The notes under the pieces: model-generated | Told to the model about the DNA's origin: nothing | Seen by the model: only the letters and a program-made list of their open reading frames with translations | The model's database searches: none | Translations under genes and position numbers: made by a program | In this document: positions 41,925 to 59,558 of the stretch, piece after piece | How the letters are laid out: each line of letters opens with the position of its first letter | Numbering within the stretch: position 1 is the stretch's first letter | NCBI RefSeq assembly: GCF_009914755.1 | Contig: NC_060940.1 | Strand: one strand, 5' to 3' | From: the human T2T-CHM13v2.0 reference genome, Homo sapiens | DNA: 64,000 nucleotides

Positions 41925-42571
41925 ACCTCTTTTCAGATTTTATGCTGCCACTTACTAGTATATGTGGCATCTGTCCACTTGTTTGATCTCTCTGGGTCTC
42001 AATATTTTTACCTGTAAGATGGAGGTGATTATACATACCACATAGAATTCTCATGAAGGTTACATTTAACAATAATGAAGTGCTTGATACAGTGCCAGAC
42101 ACAATATTCCCTCAATTAGTGGTAGCCATGATAGACACGATTAGTGTTCCATATATGCTCACCGCCTCCTCCCACCATGACCTCCATAAGGTTATGTGCT
42201 TCTCTGCCCCACTGACACTGAATGTTTCCAGATGACTTGCTTTGGCCAGAGGGATATAGGTGGAAATGAATTCTGAGTCTAAGCTTTAAAGGCACTGCAT
42301 GTTTCTGCTTGATCTTCTGAGATCTGTTTGGTCATCACCATGAGAAGACTATACCTCAGGTAGACACTATTCTTTCTCCCAGGTAACCTGGATCCCAAAA
42401 TGAGAACAGAAGAACCACTTCATGTGACTTGAACCAGATCTGAAATCTGAAGTGAAGCCCAGAAGAGTGTAGCTGAAGACAAGTGAACCTACTTGACCAG
42501 CAAACGCACATGTGAGCATGCTGCTGATATTTTTGGAGTTGTTTGTTATGCAGAAACAGCTAACTGATACA
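41925..42571 (+). mobile_element. MIR (~41925-42120) followed by MLT1J-like LTR
   Basis: MIR core; GACTTGCTTTGGCCAGAG..GTTTGTTATGCAGAAACAGCTAACTGATACA LTR end. Confidence 0.65.
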
Positions 42572-43389
42572 GCCAAAAAGAAAAACAAGTTAAGCCCACA
42601 ATGAGCTTTCAGCCCAGACACAAGGAAGACAAAGGAGTGAGGGCCAGTAAAGCTAGGTTATCATTCTCTGCCAGAAATTGGCTGTATGACCTTTGAACAT
42701 CTACTTTGTCTATCTGGCTCTGATTTCTTCTAATGTGAAGAGGTTTTAGTGATTTTAGATGACCCAATATAATATCATTTTTAGACATAAACTTTTCTGT
42801 ACCTATGAAAGTATTATCCTATAATAATAATCTGTAACATTAGTTTAGAAACAAGAAGGCTGAAAGGAGCTATGATTAAAGTCAATAAAACCACAAATGA
42901 CATGGATAAATTGAAAATGGCATTGTTCTTAAATTCCTGGAATCTTATAAAGAAGGATCATGAGATATTTGGAAGCATTAGATTTAGGACCAATGAAAAG
43001 AGCAACTTTTATAAATGAAAGAGTCTTTTGGAACTGTCTCTCACTAAGTTATCTCAAAGTGATAACACAAGACAAATATATAAATCTTCAGCTTCAAGAA
43101 GCTTTGAAGTCCAGGGGTCACAAATGAGTTTCATTGTTTAGTATTCTTTTTTTTTTTAAATAAGTTTCTTGTCAACATGTAAAAACAGGACTTTCTTTTG
43201 CAAGAGCCAAAAATCTGGCAACACAGATCTTCTATGAAAGCATGAGAATAATCATTTGAAGTAAGAGCTTTTTTTTTGATGGTATTTAAACTTTCTAATT
43301 TACTCTAGTCCCCGCCTGACCTGCATCATCTGCCTTGCTTCAAGAGGCCTTTGAGTTTATATCTATTGAATTTGGCAAATCCCAATGAC

Positions 43390-44205
43390 TGATCCTGACT
43401 TGATATAAAAGGAGTCTTCACCAGTTGGACTCAGATATGGTTCAACTGTCTATGTTGTGTGAAATTTGACTTTTTAAATATGTTTTAATCAGTTCAGTTT
43501 GGGGAGGTCTCTGCTATGGAGTACACTTCAGTTTCCTTGTATTATCCTCCTGATAGTCATTATAATAGTCTTGCTGGCACACTGTGTCCTCTTAAGTGTC
43601 TTAAATGTTTGCTTGTAGCTATCCATTGTTTGTTAAGCAGTGTGATTATGACTAGGACAGCAACAAGGTCAATAATCATTTGACTAATCCACCATTGTGA
43701 CTTGTGAATTCCATACTGAGACCAAATGAGTGTATTATGTTAGTGACAGAGTGGTCACAATTCCCAAGGTTTTTGGTCAATCTCTCAAAATTGAGAGGGT
43801 GAACAAAAGGGAGAAATTGTTAAAAAAAAAAAAAAAAAAGAAAGAAACAGGAAGGCATTGGCCTGACACTGTCTGCATACTTTGAGTTCCTACGTAACAG
43901 CCTGCAACTGAATTTAGTACACAAACAAATCAACACTTAAGTTAGGAGTATCATTTTTGAAACAGATAACCGAGTCTCAGCAACTGAGCTTCAGCCATTT
44001 CTAGACAGCCAACTGATTAGACCATGCCCAGATAAGGCATGTACCTACCTGTAATCAATCCAGTTGTTTCTGTACTTTACTTCTGTGTTTAGACTATAAA
44101 AGCTAATGCCCATGTTAAGCAGGGATTACCTCTCTAAACTTTTGGTTCTAGGTGCTGTTTAATTCACGAATCACTTTTTGCTCAAATAAACTCTATTACA
44201 TTAAA
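43390..44205 (+). mobile_element. ERV1 (MER4-group, MER57/MER93-like) 3' remnant: internal end, PPT, 3' LTR (43818-~44205)
   Basis: AAAAGGGAGAAAT|TGTTAA PPT-LTR junction; AATCCAGTTGTTTCTGTAC, TATAAAA, TTTGCTCAAATAAACTCT. Confidence 0.7.
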
Positions 44206-44409
44206 AAAAAATCCAGAAGGGGTCTTGAGCATGTGAAAATTACCATTAATAGCTTTAAGTTGCTCTCATGAAAGGTAAACAGATCCTTTCCCAAGGAGCT
44301 CTTGGTAGTCTGCCTCCTGGAGAAACTCAGAGATCTGTTTATCTATGTGCTTTTTAGAGAGCAAGTTAGTTGAGGGTCTTTCCCTTTCAATGGTTGGAAA
44401 TAGGATGGT

Positions 44410-45280
44410 TAACTTTACATCCAGAACTGAACCCACCATTAACTCAAATTAATCAATCAAAACTCCATTAGTCCACATTTTGGCTCATGGTACCACCCAT
44501 TCACTCAGGCTAGAAACCTAAAAATCATTTCTGATTTTTAACTTTATTTTCTTCACTATAGCCATGTTATCAACTTCTCTAAAATCTTCCCTGTGTTAGT
44601 CTGTCCCACTTTCTTCTATTCACATGGCCACTGCTTTAGCAAGGGTTACACCTAAATTATTGTAACAACCAACTGGTAGATCTTATTTTTATGCATTCCT
44701 CGTATACTCAAAATTCACGTTATAGCCAGGAAGATTTCTACAACACACATGAATCTGCTCGTCACCCTCCTTTTAAAAACTTTCACTACTGACATGCCAC
44801 ATTGTCCATCAAGTACAAAATTCTCAATATAGCATTTCCCTCCATCTTACCTTGTCAACACTATCTTCTGCTGTTCTTGGACACATACCCTACACTATAG
44901 CCACTCTGACACAACTGTCAAATCAAACCCTTCATGGGTATGACTTTATTTTTTCTGATCTCCTTGCTTAGAATGTTTCATCTTCCATGGCTGCTCAGGA
45001 AACTTTAATTCATACTTGAAGCTTCTGCTCAGTGATCATCTTTTCTTTGATGTCTTTTCTGGTACCCTTCAATCACAAGTCAGACTTAATGGTATCATTC
45101 CCTCCTCCTTGCTCCAACAGCGATTTGAAAGTTTATCTTTCTGCAGATTTACTCTGATGGACATAATTAGTCACTTATATATCTTTTCCCGCCACACTAT
45201 TGACTTCTGGAAGGCAAGATTAGGTCTCATAAATCATAGCTCTGCTATCCGTCACCATGCTGGGTATGTTGTAGGTATGG
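44410..45280. mobile_element. L2 remnant
   Basis: CACCCATTCACTCAGGCTAGAAACCTA and pyrimidine-rich L2-like sequence. Confidence 0.55.
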
Positions 45281-45804
45281 GGCAAGACTGGTGTGATAGT
45301 TTGGGGCTTTTCCTAGAGCCTTAGAGAACATCAATGTCTATTTCATCCTGTCCAATTAAACAGTCTCCTGAATGTTATCTGCACATTGTCACCCTCGGTT
45401 GTTTTCCCTTTTCCTAAATCTTTAACTTCCTTAGCTTTCTATCACAGTTCACAATGCTCACCTTACAATTGCCCACTCAACCTTGTCTGCAAATTGGAAG
45501 TATTTGGGAAGCTTTAAAAATATTAAGGACTAGATTTCATGCTCAGAAATATTGCTGTCACTGGTCTAGGGACAGCTGGGACATTGGTGTCATTCTAAGA
45601 TGCAACCAAGGTTCAGGCTTCCTGTTCCAAGTCTTGAATTGGTATTTTCTTCCAGCTCCATGTGGCAAAGCCACTGACAAAACATTGTCCTCACTGTGTC
45701 ACTGGCGGCTCTATGTTCTAGGTTGGTCATATCAGTATTAGCCAGCATCCCACTGTGCAAGGGGAATCAGATATGGGAGTTAAAATGTTAAAACTTAAAA
45801 ATGA

Positions 45805-46067
<263 letters not shown>

Positions 46068-47679
46068 TTAAAAATAATTTCAGTTATTCACTATCCTTTG
46101 AGTATTCCTGTTATTTTTCTTGATTTATAAAATAAGGCTTGTCCATAGGAAAATTTAAGCATCTCTTTGTATTCTGCAGTTTTTCTATCTCTTGAACATT
46201 TTGGTTAAGGGATCTGAAAGCTATGGCTCCAGTGTCCTTTCTAGCTTTTTGCTCTACAGAATTGCTGTGTTCCATTGAAAACAAGCATCCTTCACTTAGC
46301 ATCAAAATCGCATGCTAAGAGACTTTTTAGCATCCAAATTGTACGCCAGGGTGAATCTGGAAATTGGCTCTCTACTGAAATATAATCAGCGTGATCCAGG
46401 GGTCTTTCCAGCTCCAGTCCAGCTGGAAACTCCTTTTAGGACAAGCATTGTGAGTATATGCCATATGTCAGGGAGTGAGGGCAGTCATATGGATGTGGAG
46501 GAAGAAAGATGAATAGTAAGAAGGACTTTCTGGAGGAAGGGAACTCTTTCCAAGCCTAGCTGACAAATAGGACTTAAGAAGGAGGTCATTTCTCTACATT
46601 TGGCCTCAAGCCTTTTTTATAGGGAAAAAAAATATGTTGAAATCCTTCTTGAATTTCATCCTTGAGTTGAACTGATGAAGTTCTCTTCCATAGTAGATAA
46701 AAACAGTACCTCCTAAAATCAAATTCAGAGAAAGTGAAAGGAGGAATTGGCTCCTGAGGGTGGAAGGAGCAGACACAGATGCATCCTTTGCCTTCAAAAT
46801 TTCTTGAAGGAATAGAGGAGCTGTGAAAAAGAATAAATTCATAATGGCATGGAAAACAAGGAGGGTTGCCATTAGTAGATAAGAAAATTTGAGGCATTGC
46901 TAATGTATAGAAAGCAGAAATGATCAGATTTATGGAGAGACAAATTTGGAGGCAACAGCTCACAACATACGGGGGAGTAGACTGTGGCCAAGTAGACGCA
47001 ATTTAAGAAAAATTCAAAAGCTAGAGTCAATAAAATGGAAAGAACCTTAGGAGTACACACTGAGTATCTTCAGTTCGTATTTGCATAATACCACATTTCT
47101 CTCTCCTTTTTATTGGGGATACTTGATCAGGATCCAGAATTCTTTATCACTTGTCTACCTCTGACACAGGTGAAAACATGTACATTGTTTATTCCTACAA
47201 AGAGAGAGGTTCTCAGTTTCTAAGTTGCACAGTTACTTGTGGACATTTAAAAAATATATAGATACCTGTGCTTCAATCAAAACTTCCTGAATCAGAATCT
47301 TTGAGATTCCAAAAATCTGGATTTTCAAAAATTTCTCAAGAAGATTCTGATGCATTGAGAGTCAAAGACCACTTTTATAAGACATTTTCTCCATACTACA
47401 GTTTAGATTTGGGGTGATTAGGCCATACCAAGATGGTATGATATGTTTAACATGTGTTTCATGACAATAGATAGAATGGAGAAATGCAAATAACTAAATA
47501 GATAACATAAGAAAACTCCCCAGAGTTGAATAAAGATATTCTTTTCAGATCAAAGGGCCCCCTGGCTACTAAGGAAGATGAATGAAGAAAGGGCCCATAC
47601 ATGGACACCTACTTCATAGTAAAATCTGAGGACATGAAGTATAAAGAGGACATTCTGAACACTTCAAGAGACAGCACCC

Positions 47680-47857
<178 letters not shown>

Positions 47858-49263
47858 TTACCTTGGGTGTAGCTAAAGTTGTGTACTTCAGAAGAAGAGA
47901 TATTGCAAAAGCTTCATGTTTAGTACTTGTGACTCTATGCCTTAGTTTCCCTTCTACTGTAAAGTAAGAAAAACAATAATTTGGAGAGTTAAATGAGTTA
48001 CTACATAGAAAATTATTATAATATGAACTGGCATGTAATAACTGTTCACTCAGTGTTTAATTTTATCATTATTACTCCACAATAAGTATGCCTTTTAAGG
48101 TTATTCAATACTTTTCTTATGCAACACCTGGAAGATATTTCAGTAATTCCAGGAAGAGGGGTTCCAGTGGTAACATTGTGTTGTTACTGTTGCAGCCATG
48201 CTTCTAGAAGTGAGTTAGACACAGTGGGAGGATGCATTGGATGCTCTCCATGGTCCTGCCCAGCATAGCCATTTTGGAGATTTTAAAGATGCTTCAAGCG
48301 TACTTACATAGACAGAATAATATAGAATTATATTATTATTTACTCTAAATATAATAAACTATTTTAATTGTTAGTTCTGACCAGAAAATACAAATGTGAA
48401 AACTGAAGGCAAGAATGTGACTTATTGAGGTACCCAGTTGACACCCATGGAAGCATCTGAGACCCCAGAGAAACCTGGCTTAGTTCCATGGAATGAGCCA
48501 CAGATCCTAGTCTATGGCACAGAGTCTGTAGCCAGATTGAGGCAGCACTGTGGGAGTTTGGGAACAATCCCAGGAACTTGGCAGCCTGAACATACTCAAT
48601 GACCTTCTTGAAACTGACAGTTCACTCGAGCTCCTCATCCTCCTCCATTCAGCCCTGCATCCCTCTTTCACTTGCAAAGCTGAAAAGGACAGCTTGAAAA
48701 TTTATTGTCTGCATCTAAGACCCTCTGTCTCGCATGCTTATAGTCCTCAACATGAATGGAGCAAATGACACAAAAACTACTGTGCGTCAAAAGTAATAAA
48801 GAAGGTCATAGGAGAAAAAGGGACTGAAAAATTCTTTAGCCATTCATTTTTCCCAAATATTTTCAAAGAAGTCAGGTTTGATAAAACCAGGGATAGCAGT
48901 CAGGGGTCAGAGCAGCATTTGTGTTCTCACAGTGTCCCAGGGCTAAAATGTAGTTATCCCTAGTGATTTTGGAATACTTCAAAGCCAGAGCAAGTAGAGA
49001 AGAAGCCAAAAGCCATTCAGCAGTGCCAGTGTCCAAAATGCAAGGTCAAGCGTTAGTTAGTAGGTTGCTGTATTCAGCAAGGAATTCAGAGGCAAGGAGA
49101 TGGAAGTAAGTGCAAACAATTGAGAATCATACTAGATTCTAAGCTTCTCAAGAGCAAGATATGTATATTGTTTACCATTGCATTCCCTGACTCTCATGTA
49201 GTGCCTGGAAAATACCCACACATTTATATAATGACTGATATGACTGATATAGTGATCAAATAG

Positions 49264-49742
<479 letters not shown>

Positions 49743-50269
49743 TTTTAAAAGGGAAAATGTTGGGAGTTAAGAGAAACAGTATCTATTGTTCATGACTTTT
49801 TAAATGTGCTCACTGGCGCTTATTCAGTGGTTGAGTTGACTGTGCTTCAAGAACTTAGAGTGAAGCACAAACGTTCAATTTTTCTTTAATCTCCTGCTGA
49901 TTTCCAGGTACCATGCAAGGCAGGAGTGATGCAAAAATAATAAAGACAAGGCCTTTTCCCTTAAGAGGGTCAAAACTTCACAAAACAAATGATGTTCTTG
50001 CTCTCCATTTAATATGTAGGAGTTTTCCAGGTAAAGAGAGGGAGAAAATTTTCCAAGAAGATGGACTTTTATGTTCTAGGACCTAGCTGCAAATTTCCTA
50101 AGATAGTTTCATGTAGTTAAAGTGTGTGGGAAGTGGTGGTGGTATATTACGTTTGTAAGGTACTCGGGCTTGAGCCAATTAGTAAAAGGACCTTATCCTT
50201 CATCTTTAAGTCTTACCACATTATGTTGGGGTTGATGAATAGCCATGAAATTATTTTAGATGATCTTAG

Positions 50270-50548
50270 TTTTTGTTTTGTTTTGTTTTGTTTTTAGACA
50301 GGATCTCACTGTCACCCAGGCTGGAGTACAGTGGCTCGATCTTGGCTCACTGCAACCTCTGCTTCTCAGGCCCAAGCAATTCTCCCACCTCAGCCTCTCA
50401 AGTAGCTAGGACCACAGGTGTAAGCCACCATGCCCAGCTAATTTTTTTTTGTATTCTTTGTATAGATGGGGTTTCACCATGTTGCCCAGGCTGGTCTCAA
50501 ACTCCTGAGCTCAAAGTGACCCCCCCACTTCGACCTCCCAAAGTGCCC
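50270..50548 (-). mobile_element. AluJ, 5' end truncated, within L2 remnant
   Basis: Antisense Alu ending at CCCAAAGTGC. Confidence 0.85.
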
Positions 50549-51431
50549 AGCTCCATCTTAGGTTTTGCAGCAATCACCCTGGGTACACATATGGAGAATG
50601 GAATGAAGAGGTAAGCACTGGAGGCAGAAAGACCAGTTATGGAATCATTTGTTGTCTCTGTAAGAAATGATGAAGTCCAGAACGAATTTCCAGAACTGGT
50701 AGTGGGTAGGAAATAAGAAGACAAATTTGACAGCAATTGGGAGTTGAAATCAAGAATTGGTGAGACACTGAGGATGACTATAAAGTCTGGAAATTAGGTG
50801 GATGGTGATGCTTTCTATTCAAGATCAGAACACAGGAGGTCAGTCATTAAGGTAAGGAATTCATTTTGATATATTGGGGTTGAAACACCAGTGGACTTCC
50901 AAATAGATTTGTCCTGTACCAGTGGGAAGTGTGAACCTGGAGCTCAATAGAGAGCAGCAGATGTTGGAATTCTGCTTTTCCTAAGTGTGCAACTGCGTGA
51001 AGGAGAAAAGCACTTTTGGGCTCTCTTCAGTCAGGTTTCGGGGAAGCTGAAGTTTGCTCCCCTCCATGAATATCTTAGTTCTGAAAATTTACGTCTGCTG
51101 TGTCAAATGAGGTCTGACTGCTAGACTCAAAGCCCAGGTGCTCTTTCTCATTGGCCAAGGACGATTCAGGGTCTGTTATCTGTTTCATATCCTTCACCAA
51201 GGGGCATAACAATGTATGCTCCTCAGTAGCCATTCATTCCCCAAATTTGTTCTCTCTCCTTCCACTCTTCCTCCCTTACCTGCTCTATTCTGACTCCTTC
51301 CCCAGCTCCTAAACTGAAACCTTCCAAGATCACCAAAGAACCAATTGTTAACTGTAAGGGGAATATATTGATCCTTTTCTTAATTGACCTCTCTACAGCA
51401 TCTGAGTACTCCGTTTCTTACTGAAAATTGC

Positions 51432-51484
51432 TTCGTAACTTTCTTAATTGACATTTTTCGTAACTTTCTTAATTGACATTTTTC
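51432..51484. repeat. Perfect 25-bp tandem duplication
   Basis: TTCGTAACTTTCTTAATTGACATTT x2. Confidence 0.92.
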
Positions 51485-51751
51485 TATTGTTGGTTTTTTT
51501 TGTTTTGTTTTGTTTTTCTCTTAACTCTCACTACTTCCTTTGTAGTTCTCTTAGCCAAATCCTTATTCTCTGGAAATTTATTTTTATTGCTTTTAACGTA
51601 GTGGAATTATTTTTCTGATTTTAAAGTTGACAGATAATTACTAAAACTTTAAAGCAATGCCCAGAATAGTGCAAAGTGGACTGATAAAAATTATCCTAAT
51701 ATGCAGCTCCTGTAGATAACTAAGGCTAACATTTCATTTTTTAAAAAAAGT

Positions 51752-52415
51752 TATTTTATTTTATTTTTTAAGTTCCGGGGTACATGTGCAGGACGTGCAG
51801 GTTTGTTACATAGGTAAACATGTGCCAGGGTGGTTTGCTGCACCTGTCAACCCATCACTTAGGTATTAAGCCCAGCGTGCATTTAGCTCTTTTCCCTAAT
51901 GCTTTCCCAGCTCCTGCCCTCCCCTGACAGTCCCTGGTGAGTGTTGTTCCCCTCCCTTTGTCCGTGTGTTCTCATTTTTCAGCTCCCACTTATAAGTGAG
52001 AATATCTGGTGTGTGGTTTTCTGGTCCTGCATTCGTTTGCTGAGGATAATTGGCTTCCAGCTCCATCCATGTCCCTGCAAAGGACATGATATCATTCCTT
52101 TTTATGGCTTCATAGTATTCCATGGTGTATATATACCACATTTTCTTTATCCAGTCTATTATTGATGGGCATTTGAGTTGATTCCTCGTCTTTGCTATTG
52201 TAAATAGTGCTGCAATAAACATACACATGCATGTATCTTTATAATAGAATGATTTATATTCCTTTGAGTATATATCCAGTAATGGGATTCCTGGGTCAAA
52301 TGGTATTTCTGCTTCTAAATCTTTAGGAAATCGCCACACTGTCTTCCACAATGGTTGAACTAATTTACATTCCCACCAACAATGTAAAAGCACTGGCGAA
52401 GTTGCAGAGAAAAGG
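51752..52415 (-). mobile_element. 5'-truncated L1PA with a 23-bp 5' inversion
   Basis: ORF2 C-terminus (HCWWECKLVQPLWKTVWRF) and 3'UTR on minus; 52393-52415 is sense-orientation L1; flanking repeat TAACATTT. Confidence 0.9.
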
Positions 52416-52993
52416 TTAACATTTTAATAGCCATCTTTTCTCCTCCCAGCCTGTCTCTCCAACGTGGACTCAAAACTGTCTAAACAACGATTTGTCCTTG
52501 ATTTTTTTGGAATTGCTCCCGTTTTGGAGGCAACTCTACCAATCATGATTACCGAAGGAACTGTTATTTTGTATACATCTTGAAAGAAGATAACAAAATC
52601 CTCCTTCCACCTAACACATGTTCACAATTAGTCGTCCCAGTAGTGGGCATCTTGTATAGAAATCTTAGCTAGCCTTCAGAAGCAAATTAAGATCAAATAT
52701 GCCTTGCTGAGTGGCAGGGAATGGATTCTTTGCTATATTATAAACATAATATGGGGGTTAAGAAAATGGACTACTTGTACTAGATTGGGGATATTAGGGA
52801 AAAGGCGGGAAAAGTCAGAAAAGACGGACAGTTTTATTTCACCCCCACAAAACACTTATTACAGTATAATTCATGTTGGATGAAGGATACTGTGTAAAGC
52901 ACACTTGATTGGAATAAAAACTGAAGATAGGGGCAACATTGTAGGAAGATCCTGTCCTGCCGTGAGGTTGACAAAGAGTGGCCAGGAACGTGA

Positions 52994-53518
<525 letters not shown>

Positions 53519-53784
53519 TAACAGGGAGTATACTGCTTAGTTGACATCATTTCCCTGATAGGAAAATCATCCCCAATTCCCTCCTCACAGAGGTGGTTCC
53601 TAACATAACTAGGCAATGGAGATGTTTTCCTTAGGAAGACTTTAGGGTAGAAACATTTCAGAACAAGACACTTATTTTCCCATTATGAGATCTTCTGCCC
53701 CTGTCGCTTAATTGTTACAAACCATCCCTGACTGTTCTAATAGACCAATAGACCTGTTCTAATAGAGTGTTCTAATAGACCACC

Positions 53785-53958
53785 TGGTCATGATTTTGCC
53801 CCACGGGATATTTGGCAATGTCTGTAGTCATTTTCGATTGTCATAACTGGGGAAAGTGTTCCTGGCGTCTAGCAGGTAAAGGGCTGATGTAACCAAGTCC
53901 CCACAGCAAAGCATCATCTGGCTCAAAATGTCAGTAGTGTCAAGGTTGAGAAACCCTG
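53785..53958. mobile_element. MER20 (hAT-Charlie), left end missing
   Basis: GATATTTGGCAATGTCTG..CAAAATGTCAGTAGTGTCAAGGTTGAGAAACCCTG. Confidence 0.82.
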
Positions 53959-54246
53959 CAATAGAGTGTGTGCTCTGCGCCAGTGGCCAAGAAATAGTTG
54001 GTACATCACTGTCATTTTTAAATGATAGTCTTTATTGTAGTTATGCCATTTTCCTCCATTTTTTTGTATTCAGTTTTGGATTTTTCTTATAATAATGGAT
54101 AGTATGGATCGGTTAGATGTGGTACTGGAGAAAAAAAGATGCATCACCCAGAGAGCTGGATCTTGACAGCACGTAGGAAGTAGCTACTCTTTCCTACTGT
54201 GTTTCCTACTGTGTTTCCTGCTTGCGTTTGCAATGTTGTAGTTTTA

Positions 54247-54576
<330 letters not shown>

Positions 54577-55179
54577 CTAGGCAGCAAATGGTACAGTATA
54601 CTGAATGCCAGTTGCTTTATTTGACTAGTTCTTCCATCTTGGATTTTCTGGGAATTATCCTCATCTTATAGAAACAAGCTCCCTCATCTCCCTCTCCCAC
54701 TTCATTACCACTGGGAACAATTTTAGACAGTATGACATTATTATCCAATTAACAGTTATTAAACCAGATCTGGATTGGGCCAATCAGAGTGGATTCTTGA
54801 GGACTTGGAGTTGAGGCCAAAATATTCTAGTCTAGCCTGGCTGCTTGGTTGAACTGAAGAAATGCAAATTTGGAATATGATATTAGTGACAAGTTTTCTA
54901 CCATATGGACTAGAAAACAGAAGAGATTAGTAGACTGAGCCTTAAGAATATCACCTGTATGCAGGGAAGAAAAGCAGAAAGACTGAGAGTTTTGACAATA
55001 TGTGCGGCTGGCTCTGGCTGTAGTTCTATTCTGAGAGGCTGTGAGAATCCCCAGTGTCTTCATGGAAAACGCCCCTTTTTGCATAAGATGATGATTTCAT
55101 CTTAAACATAAAGTTGTACATTTGTGATCAGACAATAAAATACTGAAGCTTTATTTTTTATTAAATAATATGATTTAGC

Positions 55180-56030
55180 CAGCTTTACAACTCAATACAT
55201 TTACATCTACAAGGGCTGTATTTCATTTTTAATGAATATACTATAATTTATTTAACAAGTTCTCCTTACTAATGAGCATTAAGAGTTCCAACAAGCATTT
55301 CTACAACAAATATCCTTAAACATACTTTTAATATAAAGTAGTTGCACAACTGCCTTCTTCCCATGAAGTCCTTAATGTCAGATTGGTCAGATTGCTGGAT
55401 CAAAGGTATTTTCATTAAAAATTGTTAGAATATTGTCATACTTCCCTCCAGAACAATTATATTAGTTTACATGTTCATTAACAGTGATTAGGAGTATTCT
55501 TTCTTCAAAATGATTGTCAATGTTAGGTTTTGTAAATATTTTCAGTATTTGTAATCTCATGGAAAAGGCTCATGCCACATTTAAAATTTTGAATTTATTT
55601 GATCATTAGTGAAAATAAGTATTATATATTTATTGGTGATTAGTATTTTTTATTTTGTGAGTTGCCTTTTCATGTCTTTTGACCAGTTTTGATTTAGGAG
55701 TTCACATTTTATCATTGATTTGTAACCAATCTTTACATATTAGGGACATTCACTTTTATCTGTGCTGCAACCTTTATTCCCCACTTGATACTTTGTTTTC
55801 CTTTAACTTTTAACCTTGTGCACATATATATGGGAAGAATGCAGGCACTTTTAAAACCCTTGTAGTCAAATTTCTCAATTTTTATCTTTTTTTTTTTGTT
55901 TCCTACTTATAAAAAGAAAGGCAATAACTTTTACCCTTATTTTATTTTTGGATTTAAATTTTTCATTTTTAGAATATTTGATCCACCATGATTTATTTCG
56001 ACTTGTGGAATGTGTTGTGATGCAGTTTTT
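55180..56030 (-). mobile_element. Ancient L1 (L1ME-type) remnant
   Basis: GATTGCTGGATCAAAGG and T-rich degenerate sequence. Confidence 0.55.
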
Positions 56031-56593
56031 CTCCCTTGATTTCTGACTTTTTGGATTTCCCACCTGCTACCATTTGTTCCTGAAGTTCTTTCAATTCTGT
56101 CTCCAGAATATCTTTGGAATGCATTCCCTCATTCCACCTCCAACTTCCCCACCCTGGCCAAGAATTCATTATTTTTGGCCCACATTACTGCAACAGCTTC
56201 CTATCTGGTCTCCCTGCTTCCAATCTTAGAACTGTAAAATTCAGTCCCAGATGTTGCCAGAATGGTTTTTCAAAAAGAAACTCCTGGGGGACTTCTAGGA
56301 AAGATTTTGATTTGGGCATAGTCATTTCATTTTTCTCTCCAAGATTTCCATGGAAAATACTAGCTTAAGTAGTTTGAACTACTCTACAATATTCAGAATG
56401 CCACTCTGGCCATATTTTAAACATTTCTCAAAAATTAAATAAAAATTCCACTAGGACTCCATGCTTCAAAAAGACAGGAGATTTGGTAATGCCTTGTCTT
56501 GGGTCTTCTGACTTGAGACTCAAGGAATTACTGACCTTTTAAATAGCCCTCAGAGCAAGATGCATTTCTATAATATTGATAATTTTCCCCCTG

Positions 56594-56790
56594 ACACACC
56601 AGGGCCTGTCGGGGGGTTGGGGGCAAAGGGAGGGAGAGCATTAGGACAAATACCTAATGCATGCAGGGTTTAAAGCCTAGATGATGGTTGATAGGTGCAG
56701 CAAACCATCACGGCACATGTATACCTAGGTAACAAACCTGCATATTCTGCACATGTATCCCAGAACTTAAAGTAAAATAAAAGAAATAAA
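56594..56790 (+). mobile_element. L1PA (about PA7-8) 3' end, ~200 bp
   Basis: GGAGAGCATTAGGACAAATACCTAATGCATGC..CAGAACTTAAAGTAAAATAAAA. Confidence 0.9.
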
Positions 56791-57129
56791 TAAGATGTAA
56801 AGATATGGGCTTAATATTCAAGAACTCCCTCACATATCCAAGTCTTCTTGCAGTTAGACACAGGCCACATGACTGGTTTTTGTCAATGGATTGTGAGCAG
56901 ATGTGCAGTGTGACTTGTCCAAGGAAAAGCTCCAGGAGCCAACATATGGTTACTCCATGTCGTTGTCTCCCTCTGCCACAAGCCTCATATGGTCCAGATA
57001 CAAACAGTCTACTTATCCTGCTCCCATAATGAAGAAGATGTGGGCCAGAGTTGCAGTTAACTCAACTTGAAATAGGAGTAAGAAACAAATCATGGAGTTT
57101 TGGGGATCATTGCTTCTGCAGCATAACTC

Positions 57130-59370
<2,241 letters not shown>

Positions 59371-59523
59371 AGCACATAACTCAATCTGCACCAGTCACAG
59401 AGGCCAACTGGATCTCTGACTGTGGGAAAAAGAGCTCATGAAGACCCTCACTGAATTTGTAGCAAGAACAGTAAATGACTGGTCACTTTGTTAAACCTCT
59501 GAGATACGAGAATGATGCTTAAA

Positions 59524-59558
59524 ACACACACACACACACACACACACGCACGCACACA
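59524..59558. repeat. (CA)n microsatellite
   Basis: Directly visible. Confidence 0.9.

Noticed and set aside
46500-46965. Purine-rich stretch with 88-125-aa ORFs, possible retrocopy
   Set aside because: No recognisable protein; may be an ancient LINE remnant, but I cannot support a call.
51896-52393. 165-aa ORF, the longest in the window
   Set aside because: L1 ORF2 C-terminus running into the 3'UTR, not a host gene.
54190-54219. Short tandem duplications (12 bp here; also ~38045, ~49231, ~63731)
   Set aside because: Common slippage events with no further structure.
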